A stretch of 62,215 nt of DNA, the filler included. It is 9 parts of 9 records of this genome, joined end to end, with 100 filler letters (N's around TTAATTAATTAA, not from the genome) between each part and the next. Parts side by side here need not be neighbours in the genome. Positions count along the whole stretch, not along the records: positions 1 to 5,872 come from SRR31147125_127470; positions 5,973 to 13,058 come from SRR31147125_127484; 7 more parts are not named here. The stretch is one strand, 5' to 3'. Below are positions 1 through 12,233 of this stretch, one piece after another (the first letter of the stretch is position 1; each line of letters starts with the position of its first letter). The notes below the pieces were generated by a model. That model worked only from the letters and a program-made list of their open reading frames with translations, made no database searches and was not told where the DNA came from. The translations under genes were made by a program, and so were the position numbers.

Positions 1-24
1 ACACACACACACACACACACACAC
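1..24. repeat. (AC)n microsatellite at contig end, inside an intron of the synaptojanin-like gene
   Basis: acacac... run; the minus strand reads ...GTT ATC AAG|GTGTGTGT, i.e. a GT donor running into the repeat. Confidence 0.85.
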
Positions 25-3000
25 CTTGATAACACCGCAACTGACTTCACGGAATGTCGGAGCCTTCCATCAACCCCCCCGTCATGTACACAACAAGCAA
101 ACCCTTCCTACGCACATGTTCCACGCGCGCTAGAATGCACAGGTACACACCAACGAGTTGTTTCGAATGAATACGCACATAGGAAACACCATGACGACCA
201 TATGCCCTGTTGGATGGGTAAGAGGTACTCTGGGGAGGAAGACGGGACGTAAACGCACATGTCCGCTTCCTTCACAAGACGTCGATCCCAACGTTCTCGT
301 TCCGATTCTCCCATAGAAAACACTTGATCGTAGGTGAGTGGTACAACCTCCTAATCATGGTATTGAGCGACAAACAGAAAGCAACAGGCGTGTACCTGAA
401 GCCCAAATACAAGAAGATCGGGAGGATTCTCCCCTTCAAGTCCAAACAGAGGGTGTAGACCCTGCTTAGCCTGTGGTTGTGTGACCACCACACAAATGTC
501 GTAATCGTTTCGATCCGTACCTCCGAGATAGATTGATCTCCTGCGATATTCCAGGTGACCACGCGCATGGAAAGTGTCTCTGTACGTCTGAAACGGTAGT
601 GTGGGACACATACGGTGTCCAAACGGTATCATTCACCCACGTATACTCTGCTCGTCGTTCAGCTAGCTTGTCTCGAATTCGCAACTGGACACTGCATCAC
701 CACCACCCAGCACAAGCGACTCCTCGTAACGAAATCCATACCTCACGCTCAGAAAGAGGGATATCGTTATGATGATGACCCAGAAGAAGTGTGATTGTAG
801 CTTGTCGTTCGGCGTCATGAACTGCCCCGCTGTAGGATCTGCATGATCCGTGCGTGGGTCCTATGCACTTTCCATTCATTCCTTCCGTGCGTACCGCATG
901 ACAGCCTTTGTCGCATCGTCTAGAAGCGTAGCTATCCCCCCACCTCCACGGACAGTGCCGAAGGTGGCAGCAAGAGATCCCGTCCCAACACACTGTTGTG
1001 GATAAGGGAGTGCTAGTGAACCCCTTGATGCAAGAGGGCTGACTCTTTTCCCAAACCTGCATAGCAATTGTGTCGCCGTGTCGTTGCCACATATCGGTGA
1101 AGATGCTTTCTGTATCATGATGAATAGATGTGTCCCATGGCAAGAGCCCGAGATGATGCAACTGTGGCTCGTTCAGAAACACAATTGCAAACCCTGATTG
1201 CACGCACAATTGCCTCAAGGACGGCACGAGAGAAAACAGCCTGGACAGCATTGGTCCGATCAAGGCAGTCCTGATGGTATAACGTCTGCACCGAACTCTT
1301 CTCTGGTGCGAATCCAAACCCAACACGTACACGACAGCTAACACGAAAGACTCCTACTTGCGTCCTGTGTACCTTGACCACCGAACGTCGCTCGTGTTCA
1401 CTCATACGATGAAGACGAGGTGCTAACGTTGCATGAAAGTAGCCAAAACTGTTCAACTCTTCATCACACATCCGCATCAAGACGGACAGACACTCAGGCC
1501 CAGTCCGACGTTCTAATCACATGCTTGCCCTTAGAGAAGCAAGGATGAGATTAACACACAGCCCTTCCCACCAGAATGAACGTCAAAATGAATGTAGCCA
1601 ACGTGAAGGGCCTCCTGCCTCTGCAAGACTGTGGGCATCACATCGTTCTGAATGTTTGCCGTACCTGGGCAGGGGTTTCGCATGATAGGCCTGCCTCGTT
1701 CACAAGAAGAGATCTATTCGTTGACATGCGTAATGTGTAACTACCCCGCCCCTTCCTGGCCCTCCATACACGCACGCTTGCCTTGCGAACAAGTTCGATA
1801 ATTGTTTTTCACCAGGCTTGTTATCCGTCTAGCAGACATTCCACGAATGAAAAACAGATAGACACCATGAGATACACAGACCAACAAATTGACCGCTACA
1901 ACAGGACCGAATTCGTCTTGCAGCATGGTGAAGTGTCGACGAAACGCCTAGTAGGACCCCCATCAACCAACATCTTGTACCGACTGCCACTGCCGCCACG
2001 TACAGGTTGACTGGCCTCCAATCCTCGTGAGATACGAACCCGGTTTCCGTTAGACCCCGGTTGCTCCTCCCAAAAAAGTGGCACCGTTCCTCGGAGTACG
2101 ATAAACGAGAAGAATTCATCTGTGGGCAGCATGATTGGCCCAGAAGAGAGAAAAAGGTACGCGGCCTACCTCCATGAATTACCACCATCTCACTCTCCAC
2201 AAAATTCCCCACATAACCATCATCATCGATTCCTCGGGTCATGAAGCGCGTGCCTGCACGTCTTGAACTCCTCCTATGGCGTCGAAGTGGAAACATAAGC
2301 ATTTGACAAGGCAGGAGGCATGCCTCACCGTGAAACGAGAAGCAGTTCGATAATCTTGCCACCCACACTCATCCTCCGCACGTCCACCCACCCTGTCGCG
2401 TCTCTCAATTTCCCTCTCTCCTTTTCTTCTCCATACCTTGTACGATTGGCGTGATCCAAGCACTTGCACCCACCCGTACAAGGTCTTCCATCATCTTACT
2501 ATTCCATACAAACCGACGATCCGCATGATAATGTGGCTCCGATATGCCCGAAGCTTCGACTCGTGACATATGACGTTGTACCGCAGTCGTCACATCAAAG
2601 TCATAGGACATGAAGAACCAACCACTCTCAAGGTAGTTCTTGAGAGATACAATAGGTGTTTCTTGGGGTAGAGACGATCCAAGCATGTCTGCTTGTGCAG
2701 TGAGGCCAACAACCGCCAGGATGCCTTGAATCGACGGGTACATTAGACACCCAACACATGTACATCAACACCGATCCCATCGCACCTGTTCCCAGCCGTG
2801 AAAACCCTCCACCAATCTTTTCTAAAGCAGATACTGAACGAGGAGCAGCCAGAGGTGCTCCCTCAAAAGGTAACGTAGCCACGGATGTGATCTGCAGCAT
2901 GGAACCCCCGGGAAGGGTGGCCGCCACACGAACCCCTGTCACCACCATCAAATAGGCCCCTGCACGCCAATCAAAGCTCTTAGATCCTATCATTGAAACC

Positions 3001-3508
3001 TGTAGCCTTGCTCCTTCACATACCTTGGGCAGCACGCAGGATTCCAAGCACAGCGTACACCATGTGTGTACACGAAGACCAGGGACCCAGAACTCGTCCA
3101 CGATCTTTCCCACTCTCATCAGGATCGGATCGTACGAAAGAACTTGAGCATACGCAAACCTTCAAACGATACACGCCCCACGTGGTGACGATCGAACACC
3201 AAACACTCACGCCACGAAGCATCCTGTGCCTCGAGAATGAAGGTCTTACTGGACCTGTACAGTCGTGCCGGGCGACCTGGTGCATAGGGGGCGGTGGAAG
3301 AAGAGGAACGATTGCGATGACTTCCCAACAAGCCTCCAACCAGACCCTTTGGCTTCTCGGGAAGCGGTGGAGGAGCATCTTCCTCTGCCTCGTGCATGTC
3401 TGATTCGTGGACAGGGGTGGGAACCCAACCGGAGGGAGACGTAGACGCTGATTCGGAGGGAGACACTGGTGTCTCGGACAAGGGAGGAGGAGGAGGAGGA
3501 TGGCTCAT
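1..3508 (-). CDS. Synaptojanin-like phosphoinositide phosphatase (Sac1 domain + start of 5-phosphatase domain), multi-exon, 3' truncated by contig end
   Basis: Manual splicing over short GT-AG introns gives RRSSRRAGTRFMTRGIDDDGYVGNFVESE, RGTVPLFWEE and the catalytic CX5RT motif RVSCRDCLDRTN, then 5-phosphatase motifs VVTWNIAG, PDLLVFGLQE and SKQLVGVYL. Start inferred at MSHPPP (3508). Confidence 0.85.
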
Positions 3509-3632
3509 CCTGTCTCTGCCTGTTGGTGGACCGTATGCATACAGAAGGGGAGGAGACAATGACATCATTTCCGCATCTCATCCCATCCCATCCATCCCGT
3601 CCCATCCCACACACACGAGACATCAATTGATC

Positions 3633-4853
3633 TCACACTTGCCGAATGAGCCGCTTGTCAAGTTGAGCACGTACGATCCGAAGACCGTCGGTATCCAATT
3701 CATCCAAAAGCGTCAAGACGGCATAGAGGATGTTTGGCGACTACAACCAACCAACCAGTAAGAGAAGGACACAACAAGAGAAGGTCCTACCGATCTTCCT
3801 GGAAGCATCCTGCCTGCATTCACCGTAATCTGTTCGTGGGTGGATGTTGAGGGCAATACAGGAGCATAGTGCGGCGGCTCTTGGAGACTCATCGTACGCC
3901 GTGCTGGGGGTGCTGGGGGTGCTGGTGCTGGATTCATGTCTCGCTGTTCAAGGAGTGCATCATGGGTTACCTGAAGAGATCAAAGTCACAAGAGAGGAGA
4001 AGAGAATGAAACATACGCGTGGAGGTTGTGAGATCGATTCTTGTGACACATACGACTGCACACGGGGAGGAGATGGGGATGGAGGAGATGCAGCGGGCTC
4101 GAAATGCCTTCCTCTGCCTGGCGACGCTCCTCCAACGTGATTGCTGACAGAAGAATCAACCACAAGACACACACAGATCGATCGGCACACGCACTGACGT
4201 CATCCAATTTCTCTAATTGAGGCAACACACGAATCACAGCCAATCGATACCTTTCACACCCGTGAGTGGTGTACAGGGGACACGAACGGGACGAAACGAG
4301 ATCAAACACAACACACCCAGAATCCTCTGCACACGGATTCTCTGAGAGCCACAACACAGAAAGGTTTGTGAGGCCTTGAAGATGAAGGAGTTCGGATACA
4401 TCAGCGATCTATGGAAGAAGAAGATTAGGAGAAATCTTCGTGTCGCCCGAGATCGCACCTCGTTCTTGCGAAGGTAGAGCTCTCGAAGTTTGTAACCTGA
4501 AACGTGAAGGCCCTGTGTCAGCTGAACGCTGTGGACGTACGCGCGTGGATGGGTACATTTCGCAAACTCCTTAAGTGTCTTGATTTTGTTCACACTGCCG
4601 CCCGGTGTGGGATACCACGTCACTCCTCACCCCACCTCTAACGACGGACCTCAGGGAGATGACCTCTACGTTGGGCATCTCCGCCACAAGGGCCACCTAC
4701 CCCACCCCCGTCAACACCTCTCTCTCTCAAAGGACAGGCCCTCATATGCACGTCGGTCAGGTCACTCCCCCAGACGTTGAGTTTGCGGACTTGCTCGAGA
4801 GTGTCCACACGACAGCGCGAGAGCACCATGTTCAAGGTGAGGCTCTTCGCCAT
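3633..4853 (-). CDS. CFAP410: CFAP410/C21orf2-like ciliary LRR protein, multi-exon
   Basis: Spliced: MAKSLTLNMVLSRCRVDTLEQVRKLNVWGSDLTDV..MPNVEVISLSVNKIKTL..LRELYLRKNEI..LWLSENPC..YRLAVIRVLPQLEKLDD; C-terminus NILYAVLTLLDELDTDGLRIVRAQLDKRL. One frame break near 4108 (homopolymer error or GC-AG intron). Confidence 0.8.
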
Positions 4854-5011
4854 GGTAGGAAGATGACGCTGTGTCCCTTCACACGTCAACCCCAACCGCA
4901 CACCAGTGGGAGGGAGGGAGAATGCACGGTCTGACCCCTCCGCCCCATCCCATGCATTCCATGCATCCCATACGGATCTATACACCACGGATGGAGAGAT
5001 ATGTTTATGGA

Positions 5012-5872
5012 TCAGACAGATCTACCATGCGATGGCCGCATCCGCGTTTCTCGTGCGACGAAGAGCGTCGGCACGCTCACGTGCCGCTTCTTCAGGTGTG
5101 GGCTCATAGTCGGATACCATCCCCACGTCTTCCAACTCCTTCACTAAGGACTGAACCATAGAGTTGATCAGATCACACGTCCTGTCCCTGTCGCGACACG
5201 AACCATTACAGCCTGACAGATGATGTCGGGGGCCTGGATGGGAATGTCGACGTGGTGGAGATCGACTTGTGATGCTACAACTCTTCCCAGAGTCTTGGAA
5301 ACTTCATCAAGATCGAGTGGATGATCTCCCAGTACGACCACAGGCAATTCTTCCGTCGCAGCGGGCAATTTTGCCAGATCGGCCGATCGCGACGCAACCC
5401 ATACCGCAGTATCCGCAAGGCGTGCCTGTTCCTGAATAACAACAGAGCAGTAATGCACGGACGGACACAAGTCCCCATCTCCAGACGCGAACACCCACTT
5501 GTTGTAAGGATACGTGAAAGTCTGAGCGCATCGCACGTGCATTCAACATACGTTGATGGGCAAGGGGACAACGAGCAAGTAATCCCTATACGGAGCAGGG
5601 TCACACAACGAGTCAATCGTGTTGAGGGAGTTACGAACATGTGTGGGATCCATGCCAAGCCAGGCAAGCACACGAAGAATGCCAGAGGAGGCAGCCCATG
5701 ATAAGACCCGCCCCAGAACAACGTCCTGAATGAGAAGAAATCAGCCTGAGCCTCGGTCGGAACAAGGAAAGGACATACAAAACAACCCGGGTATCCTCTG
5801 TACGCTTCTATGTCCCCGTGTAACCTTGAGCAGACATTAACCCAGAATCAGAATCAGAATCAGAATCAGAAT
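5012..5872 (-). CDS. Alpha/beta-hydrolase-like protein, C-terminal part, multi-exon (5' truncated, 3' end uncertain)
   Basis: Spliced reading GILRVLAWLG..GLLARCPLAHQRMLNARAMRSDFHVSLQQEQARLADTA..LPVVVLG..HHVDIPIQAPDIICQAVM resembles the cap and C-terminus of a/b hydrolases. Family assignment is tentative. Confidence 0.4.
5843..5872. repeat. (CAGAAT)5 hexamer microsatellite at contig end
   Basis: cagaat x5; on the minus strand it lies just upstream of an intron acceptor (...ctgctcAAG). Confidence 0.85.
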
Positions 5873-5972
5873 NNNNNNNNNNNNNNNNNNNNNNNNNNNN
5901 NNNNNNNNNNNNNNNNTTAATTAATTAANNNNNNNNNNNNNNNNNNNNNNNNNNNNNNNNNNNNNNNNNNNN
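5873..5972. other. Artificial contig spacer (first of eight)
   Basis: N-run + TTAATTAATTAA (stops in all frames) + N-run, 100 nt. The same spacer recurs at 13059, 20132, 25849, 32836, 39867, 48291 and 54365. Confidence 0.99.
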
Positions 5973-6209
5973 AATCAGATGCGCCTTGATCTGCGCGTCA
6001 CTTTGGCGACATTTCCTGGAACAGACCGGATGAATGCGGTGAAACCGGGAGCAGATTTCCTGACTGCCAATCGATACAAGCATTTCTCCGTTATTATCCA
6101 AAAGGAAACACCCCATGCCGGACATGCGGTGATGAGACTTCAGCAGCGACCTCAACTGGTCGATATCGATGAGGTCTTTGAAGCTATGGTCTGAAATCTT
6201 GCTATCCAT
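5973..6209 (-). CDS. PocR-type sensor domain protein, N-terminal fragment
   Basis: FKDLIDIDQLRSLL..GMGCFLLDNNGEMLVSIGSQEICSRFHRIHPVCSRKCRQSD fits the PocR ligand-binding domain pattern; runs into the spacer. Confidence 0.8.
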
Positions 6210-6809
6210 CTGTCGGGCTTTCGGCGACCGGCAGACTGTGATTTGCGTAGGCTGCCGCCTTGAAAATTCTTTTTGTTAGCCGAAAGTCGATCTTCCTGCG
6301 GATTCTTCTGGTTGGATAAAGACCGATTTTGACGCCATGGTAGTCAGGGAATGCTTGTAATCGTTCCTGGAAATAGGTTTTCCTGGATTTTGGGGAAGCC
6401 GCTTCTGTTTCTGCTTCGAGTCGTCTCTTTTTCATTTCTCGGGGTTGGTCTGGGTACTTGAATTCGAGTTTTTATCAACGCAGATCTGCCAACGACACCC
6501 GACTTAGTTGACTGATGATTTAACATCAGAAAACGATTTTTGCAACAAAATGTAACTGAGTACTCACATGTACCTTTTTCCGCCCCTTTCATCACAATCC
6601 TTCATGAATCCAACGGTTTTAATGATATTGGCGGCATGACTGATCATAGTAGGATACATCCAGAAAAGTAAAGTGTTTTTAACATCGGTTAAAGCTTTCT
6701 TACACCAGCGATAAAGAATTTAGTAATCATTTTAGGAATTATCCTATTCAGATGACACTCCACAAGGCCGAGATTCCGAATAGTTTTTCAGGAAAGGAGG
6801 GTTGATGCA

Positions 6810-7043
6810 ATGCCAAACAAAATAAAAGCCCGTCCGAAAGAGATTGGAACAGACGAGGTTCAACGAATCATGGAATTAAATGCACGCATCTCAGGCTTCC
6901 ATAGTCAATTGCAGGATATGCTGGACAGAGAAAAAGCAGGGAAATCGCTGGCAGGTGGTCCACAACAGGTTGCTGGAACGTATCGAATCGATCAGGGACA
7001 TGCTTGGTACAATGGAAGCTCTTTTACGGTCTGGCAGCGGTGA
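6810..7043 (+). CDS. Small hypothetical helical protein (77 aa)
   Basis: Strong RBS AAAGGAGG upstream of ATG; shares a motif with the ORFs at 7098 and 9581. Confidence 0.6.
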   Translation: MPNKIKARPKEIGTDEVQRIMELNARISGFHSQLQDMLDREKAGKSLAGGPQQVAGTYRIDQGHAWYNGSSFTVWQR

Positions 7044-7097
7044 TTTGTAAAAAGGCCAAACCAATTCATACAATCACGCAAAGGAAATTATTCTACT

Positions 7098-7385
7098 ATG
7101 AGAGACAACGGTTTGCAGTTAGTGGATTTACAGTCTGGAGCTGAACTTGAAATTAAACGGATTACAAGGATGAATGAAAGGATGTCTCATTATCAAACCG
7201 AACTACAAGAACTTTTATCAAGAACCGCTTCACAGGTGGAAGATCGATTCAAAACATTGGCCCTTATACCGACCGTTAAACTTGCAGAAATTAATAAAAA
7301 AATCAAAGAGATAAAAAGGTCAATGGTTTCAATGCCACATCGCCGGAGTGAGCGCCCCCATGGGCACAATGTCCACGAGCAGTAA
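7098..7385 (+). CDS. Small hypothetical helical protein (95 aa), DUF3135-like motif
   Basis: AAGGA upstream; RITRMNERMSHYQTELQELLSR motif shared with neighbours. Confidence 0.6.
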   Translation: MRDNGLQLVDLQSGAELEIKRITRMNERMSHYQTELQELLSRTASQVEDRFKTLALIPTVKLAEINKKIKEIKRSMVSMPHRRSERPHGHNVHEQ

Positions 7386-7500
7386 CCAGGCTATTGATTT
7401 TTACTTTTTATTATATTGGCATGCATATCGATCGACATGACGATTTCAGATCGTTTTAAGCAATCACTGACAATGTATTGTTCACGCGAAAGGAATTCCT

Positions 7501-9518
7501 ATGTTCAGCAATATCAAAATCTCCATCAAAATCATTGCCGGATTCAGTATTGTTCTCTTATTGATGTTGGTCGTCGGCTATGTTGGACTAAACGGAATGT
7601 CAAGCACCAAAGACCGTATCATCAAGGCCGATGATGTGAACCGAGTCGTAAAAATGGTCCAAGAAGCCCGCCAAGATGAAAAAAACTTCATCATTCGCGG
7701 AGAGAAGAAATACGTACAAAAGGTTTTTGAAACCACGGATCAATTAACCACTCAAGCCAGGGCAACCAAGGCGCGGTTCGATCAATCGGTCAACAAGGAA
7801 CAAATGGATCAGGTCCTTTCCATGGTCGAGGACTATAATGCCGCGTTCGGCAGGTATGTAGAGCTGGAAAACGAAAAAAAGAACCTGATGGACCAAATGA
7901 GATCCAGGGCACATGATACCATCGGAAAGCTTGAAGAACTCCGTACCGACCAGAAAGACCAATTAAGTGACATTCTAAAAAACCAAAAGCGTCGTTATTC
8001 GGGGAATAACGACGCTTTTCAAGCCGATCTGAACGATAAGCTCGTCAAAGCGGATGATGCCAACCGAATGATTAAGTGGTTTCTGGATATGCGCAAGAAT
8101 GAAAAGGAGTTGATAATTTCCGGCGAACATAAATATCGCGATGCCGTTACCGAATACATGGATAAAATGATCGCTTTGGGCAAGGATCTGGAAAACAGGT
8201 TCAATGCATCAGAAAACATTGCCCAGATCGAATCGGCCCTGGATTCCCTGTCGGCGTATGAAACGGCTTTCAATGCTTTTTTCGGGAAAATGGCTGAACA
8301 GGAAACCAGCAACCAAAAAATGGTGGCTGACGCCAGGGAAGCCGGCGAGGTATGCGATGCCGCAAGGGCTGACCAGAAAGCCAAAATGGAATCCCAGATT
8401 GGCAGGGCAACTTTTTTATCTATGCGTTCTTCGGAATAGCGCTCGTTATCGGGATTGGGCTCGCGCTTTGGATATCCTTATCCATCAAAAAATCGATGGC
8501 CTATGCCGTCGACATTTCCACCCGGGTGGCGGGTGGCGACTTGACCCAAGAAATTGTAGTCAGCGGTCAGGACGAAATCGGTATTTTGCTGTCGGCCATG
8601 AAGCGCATGGTAGATAATTTGAACCATATGTTTACGGACATCTCCAAAGGCGTCGAAACGCTGTCCTCTTCGTCCACCGAACTGTCCGCCATTTCGCGGC
8701 AGATGGCCGCCAGCTCCGAACAGTCTGCTGACAAATCGGCAACTGTTGCCACGGCTTCCGAGGAAATGAGCGCCAATATGAATTCCGTCGCCGCGGCCGG
8801 CGAACAAGCCTCGCAAAATGTTGGCATTGTGGCATCCGCCGCCGAGGAAATGAGTTCGACGATTCAGGAGATTGCCCAAAACACGGAAAAGGGACGTTCG
8901 ATATCTTTGGAAGCCGTCACCCAGACGACCAATGCCTCCCAGAAAATGGAACAGCTGGGGCGAGCGGCATTGTCTGTGAGCAAGGTCACCGAGACCATAA
9001 CCGATATTTCGGAGCAGACCAACTTGCTGGCACTCAATGCCACGATCGAAGCTGCCCGTGCCGGAGACGCCGGCAAAGGGTTTGCCGTTGTGGCCAACGA
9101 AATTAAGGAATTGGCCAGACAAACGGCCGAAGCCACCGGGCAAATCCGGCAGCAAATTGAAGACATACAGGTTTCCACGGGAAATTCGGTTAAGGATATT
9201 AAACAGGTAACCGAGACCATCAATGAGGTCAATGATGTGGTTGGCAATATCGCATCGGCGATCGAAGAGCAGTCGATCGCCACCAAGGAAATCGCCGGTA
9301 ATGTCGCCCAAGCGTCCCAGGGTATTCAGGAAGTCACCCAGAATGTGGCCGAGGCGTCGACGGTTTCGGCCGATATTTCTAGCAATATAGCCGAAGTCAA
9401 CACCGCTTCCCAGGAAATTGCCAACGCCAGTTCCCAGGTTCGAATAAGTTCGGACGAGTTGTCCTCCCTATCTGAACGGTTGAAGGGAATGGTCGATCAA
9501 TTTCAAATCAAGATGTGA
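7501..9518 (+). CDS. Methyl-accepting chemotaxis protein (HBM-like duplicated sensor, HAMP, MCP signal); split by a 1-nt deletion at T-run 8412-8417
   Basis: TM1 [16 protein letters not shown]; repeated KADDxNR..RxxEKxxIIxGExKY module; adding one T restores TM2 ([22 protein letters not shown]); signalling tip [34 protein letters not shown]. Confidence 0.93.
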
Positions 9519-9580
9519 TCCACTTCGGATTAACCCGGGAATCTTTTATGAATGGAGAAAAAAACCTGGTTGGAGGCATT

Positions 9581-9883
9581 GTGACCGAAAACGACCCGAA
9601 AAAATATAATGAGATCGTCAATACCATCTCCTGCAAATCCAGACAATTGATCGAACAAAATCCACGTTTGGAATGGTTTCAGGAAGAAATCGATCGGCGA
9701 TTATTGAATGCGCCTGATCAAAAAAGCCGTCAGGAAATATTAGATATGATGTTATATTCTGCAAGGTATGAATTAAACTCAAAACTACATCATATAAATG
9801 AACTGCTTGACTCTTTCGGAAGCAAACTTACAGCGTTACAATCGGCCGAGGCTGTTCATACATCTGAGAAACCTCACCCTTGA
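9581..9883 (+). CDS. Small helical protein, DUF3135-like
   Basis: GGAGG RBS before GTG at 9581; LIEQNPRLEWFQEEIDRRLLNAPDQKSRQEILDMM pattern. Confidence 0.6.
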   Translation: MTENDPKKYNEIVNTISCKSRQLIEQNPRLEWFQEEIDRRLLNAPDQKSRQEILDMMLYSARYELNSKLHHINELLDSFGSKLTALQSAEAVHTSEKPHP

Positions 9884-9907
9884 GCCAACAGAAGTATGAT
9901 AAACAAT

Positions 9908-9942
9908 AAGGGGGTGAATTGGACTGCCCCCCGATTTTTTAT
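9908..9942 (+). terminator. Possible rho-independent terminator
   Basis: GGGGGTG..TGCCCCCC hairpin followed by ATTTTTT. Confidence 0.45.
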
Positions 9943-10055
9943 ATTTTGAGGACTCGCGACCGCTGTCCACCGCGGAAATCGGGCGTAAAGAATAGAGATG
10001 AAATAAATGGGTCCTAAAACCGGTCGCTTTGCCCGTTTTCCGTGGCGGACTGGAT

Positions 10056-10457
10056 TCACGCGCCAAACGCCTCTTCCCTGATATTCACCACCGCCTCTCC
10101 ACCACCCGTGATGGCATCCATCTGCCCCAGGCTTCCCGGAAGAACACTGTTAATGAAATACTCGGCACTGAAAATCTGGTCCTGGTAAAAGGCCTGATCC
10201 TTGCCTTTGTTTTTCTTTTGCAGCCTTTCATTTGCAATACAGGCCCGCCACATCAACATCCAGGCCATGATCACATCAGAATCGGTTGATCCGTAGGGCG
10301 TCAGTGTTTCCTGCAGTTCGAAGGAATCTTCATCCTGACGGATTTTTCGACCTCTCGCTCTGAAGCCAAGGGCTTCCTTGATTTTTTTGAGGTAAGCTTC
10401 GCTACCGACGGTAATGCTTTGCGACCATTCTACCTCTTTGCCGCAAGTCTCATCCAA
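10056..10457 (-). pseudogene. Chimeric remnant: transposase C-terminal fragment joined to acyl-CoA dehydrogenase C-terminal fragment
   Basis: WSQSITVGSEAYLKKIKEALGFRARGRKI..FELQETLTPYG resembles the tail of IS200-like/RAYT transposases of sulfate reducers; DVIMAWMLMWRA..AFYQDQIFSAEYFINSVLP..EEAFG resembles an acyl-CoA dehydrogenase C-terminus. Confidence 0.6.
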
Positions 10458-10850
10458 AAACCAGCGGATTTCGGTAAATCATGTAAGTCTGGCGGAGGGT
10501 TTGGTCAGCAGCGCATGTATGCCCATGGGTTTTATAGACTGCTCCGTAATTAAACGGCTGTTTTCCCATTGACAACCATTGAGCGTATCAATAGAGTTGA
10601 ATTATTCACACTGTTTCGATTGTTCAAATTCTTCCTTCATTTCGTTTTCCAGTCATGGCCCGCGCTCACAGTGAAACCTTTCGTCAACCGATAGTCTGAA
10701 GAGAGATTGTTTTTCTGTAGGAAATCCAACTGTTGCTGCCTTTGTCGAAAACATCTGCGCCGATCACAAAACGTCCCGAAGGTTCATTCTGAATCGATAA
10801 CCGCATGTGATTCGCCAAACCGGAACTGCATTGCGAGTGACGGAGGTTTC

Positions 10851-12230
10851 ATGCGTCTGTTCAAGCAGAACAGCATTCGACAGCGATTCACCCTGGGATT
10901 GGCCATTGTCATCACGGTGATCATGTTCGCCATATCGACCCTGCTGATTCTCTACAACAGCCATGCCATCGAAAAAAACCTGAAAAACAACCTGGAGAGG
11001 CTTTCGGTGCTGACCAAAGAGAGTCTGGCCAGTGCCCTGTGGCAGTACAACTATGACTATGTAAAGGACTATATCGAAGCCCTCTTCCTCTACGACGACC
11101 TGGTTTTCGTCTGCGTGGAAACCGGTGATACGGTAATTGTCCAGAAGGCCCGCCCCGATCATCGGCACCAGCCAGCGGACTGGTTTCATCAATCGCCACA
11201 GTTCATTGTGAAAGAAAACACGGTGATCCACAAGCAAATAGAGGTGGGCCGGGTCTTTCTGGCGATGTCCCGGGAGCGTATCGACAACCTGGTGCTGACC
11301 ACCAGCGGGCTGGCCATCCTGTTGCTGTGTGTCGTCAATGCCGCCGTTTTCGCGACCAACTACCTGCTTTCCCGATGGTACCTGTTCAAACCATTATTCA
11401 ATCTGGAGGCTTCCGTCAGAACGATCGCCGCCGGAGACATGGACGCATCCATCGATGCGAGCAGCCAGGATGAAATCGGACAACTGGCCCGCTCGGTGCA
11501 GCGCATGATGGACAACCTAAAACGGATTACCGCCTCCCGCGACGATTTGAACCGGGAGATCCGCGATCGCAAGAAAGTTGAAGCGGACCTGAAAGACTCG
11601 CTAAATGAAAAGGAAGTCCTGCTTCGGGAGATCCATCACCGGGTGAAGAACAATTTACAAATCGTCCAGAGCCTGCTTAGTCTGCAAAGTGCCAGAATCG
11701 ACAGCCCGATGCTCAAGCAGGCGGTACAGAACTCCAATGACCGGATTCGCTCCATGGCCCTGATCCATGAGACGCTCTACCGATCGGAAGATATCTCCCA
11801 ACTGAATCTGGACAAGTATTTCAACAGCATCGTCAGCGGACTCTACAAGGTATGCCAAAATGCCGACAAGGTCATCGACTGGCAGGTCACCGCCGGTTCC
11901 GTCGATCTGAATCTGGACAAATCCATTGCCTGCGGCCTGATCATCAATGAACTGGTTACCAATTCGTTGAAGTATGCTTTCCAGGACCGAGCCGCAGGGA
12001 GCATTCGTATCGGTTTGTGGCCGTTATCGGATCGCCACGCCCGTTTGCGGGTCGAAGATGACGGCAAGGGATTGCCGGACGGTTTTGATTTGGCCTCCAG
12101 CGGCAGTCTGGGGTTGCAGATCGTCCGCATGCTGGCAGAAGACCAGTTGGCGGGGAAATTGGAAATTTTGGACAATCATGGGGTGACCGTTACGTTACGG
12201 TTTCCGCTGGAATCCAAACCGAAAGGATAG
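10851..12230 (+). CDS. Membrane sensor histidine kinase (HAMP, HisKA_2, HATPase_c)
   Basis: GGAGG RBS then ATG at 10851; two TM helices; [12 protein letters not shown]-box; [21 protein letters not shown] and SLGL boxes. Confidence 0.92.
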   Translation: MRLFKQNSIRQRFTLGLAIVITVIMFAISTLLILYNSHAIEKNLKNNLERLSVLTKESLASALWQYNYDYVKDYIEALFLYDDLVFVCVETGDTVIVQKARPDHRHQPADWFHQSPQFIVKENTVIHKQIEVGRVFLAMSRERIDNLVLTTSGLAILLLCVVNAAVFATNYLLSRWYLFKPLFNLEASVRTIAAGDMDASIDASSQDEIGQLARSVQRMMDNLKRITASRDDLNREIRDRKKVEADLKDSLNEKEVLLREIHHRVKNNLQIVQSLLSLQSARIDSPMLKQAVQNSNDRIRSMALIHETLYRSEDISQLNLDKYFNSIVSGLYKVCQNADKVIDWQVTAGSVDLNLDKSIACGLIINELVTNSLKYAFQDRAAGSIRIGLWPLSDRHARLRVEDDGKGLPDGFDLASSGSLGLQIVRMLAEDQLAGKLEILDNHGVTVTLRFPLESKPKG

Positions 12231-12233
12231 CTC

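Noticed and set aside
1714-1781. Apparent GC-AG intron in the synaptojanin-like gene
   Set aside because: A canonical GTGCGT donor 6 nt further on gives the same frame.
5505-5515. Perfect U12 donor GTATCCTT on the minus strand
   Set aside because: It falls in an exon (codons for H-V-S-L) in the best splice model, and no CCTTAAC branch follows.
5843-5872. (CAGAAT)n at the contig end as a novel telomere repeat
   Set aside because: It lies inside an intron of a gene that continues beyond the contig, just upstream of a splice acceptor; a microsatellite-caused assembly break is more likely.
5917-5928. Recurrent TTAATTAATTAA motif
   Set aside because: Artificial linker inside the N spacers.
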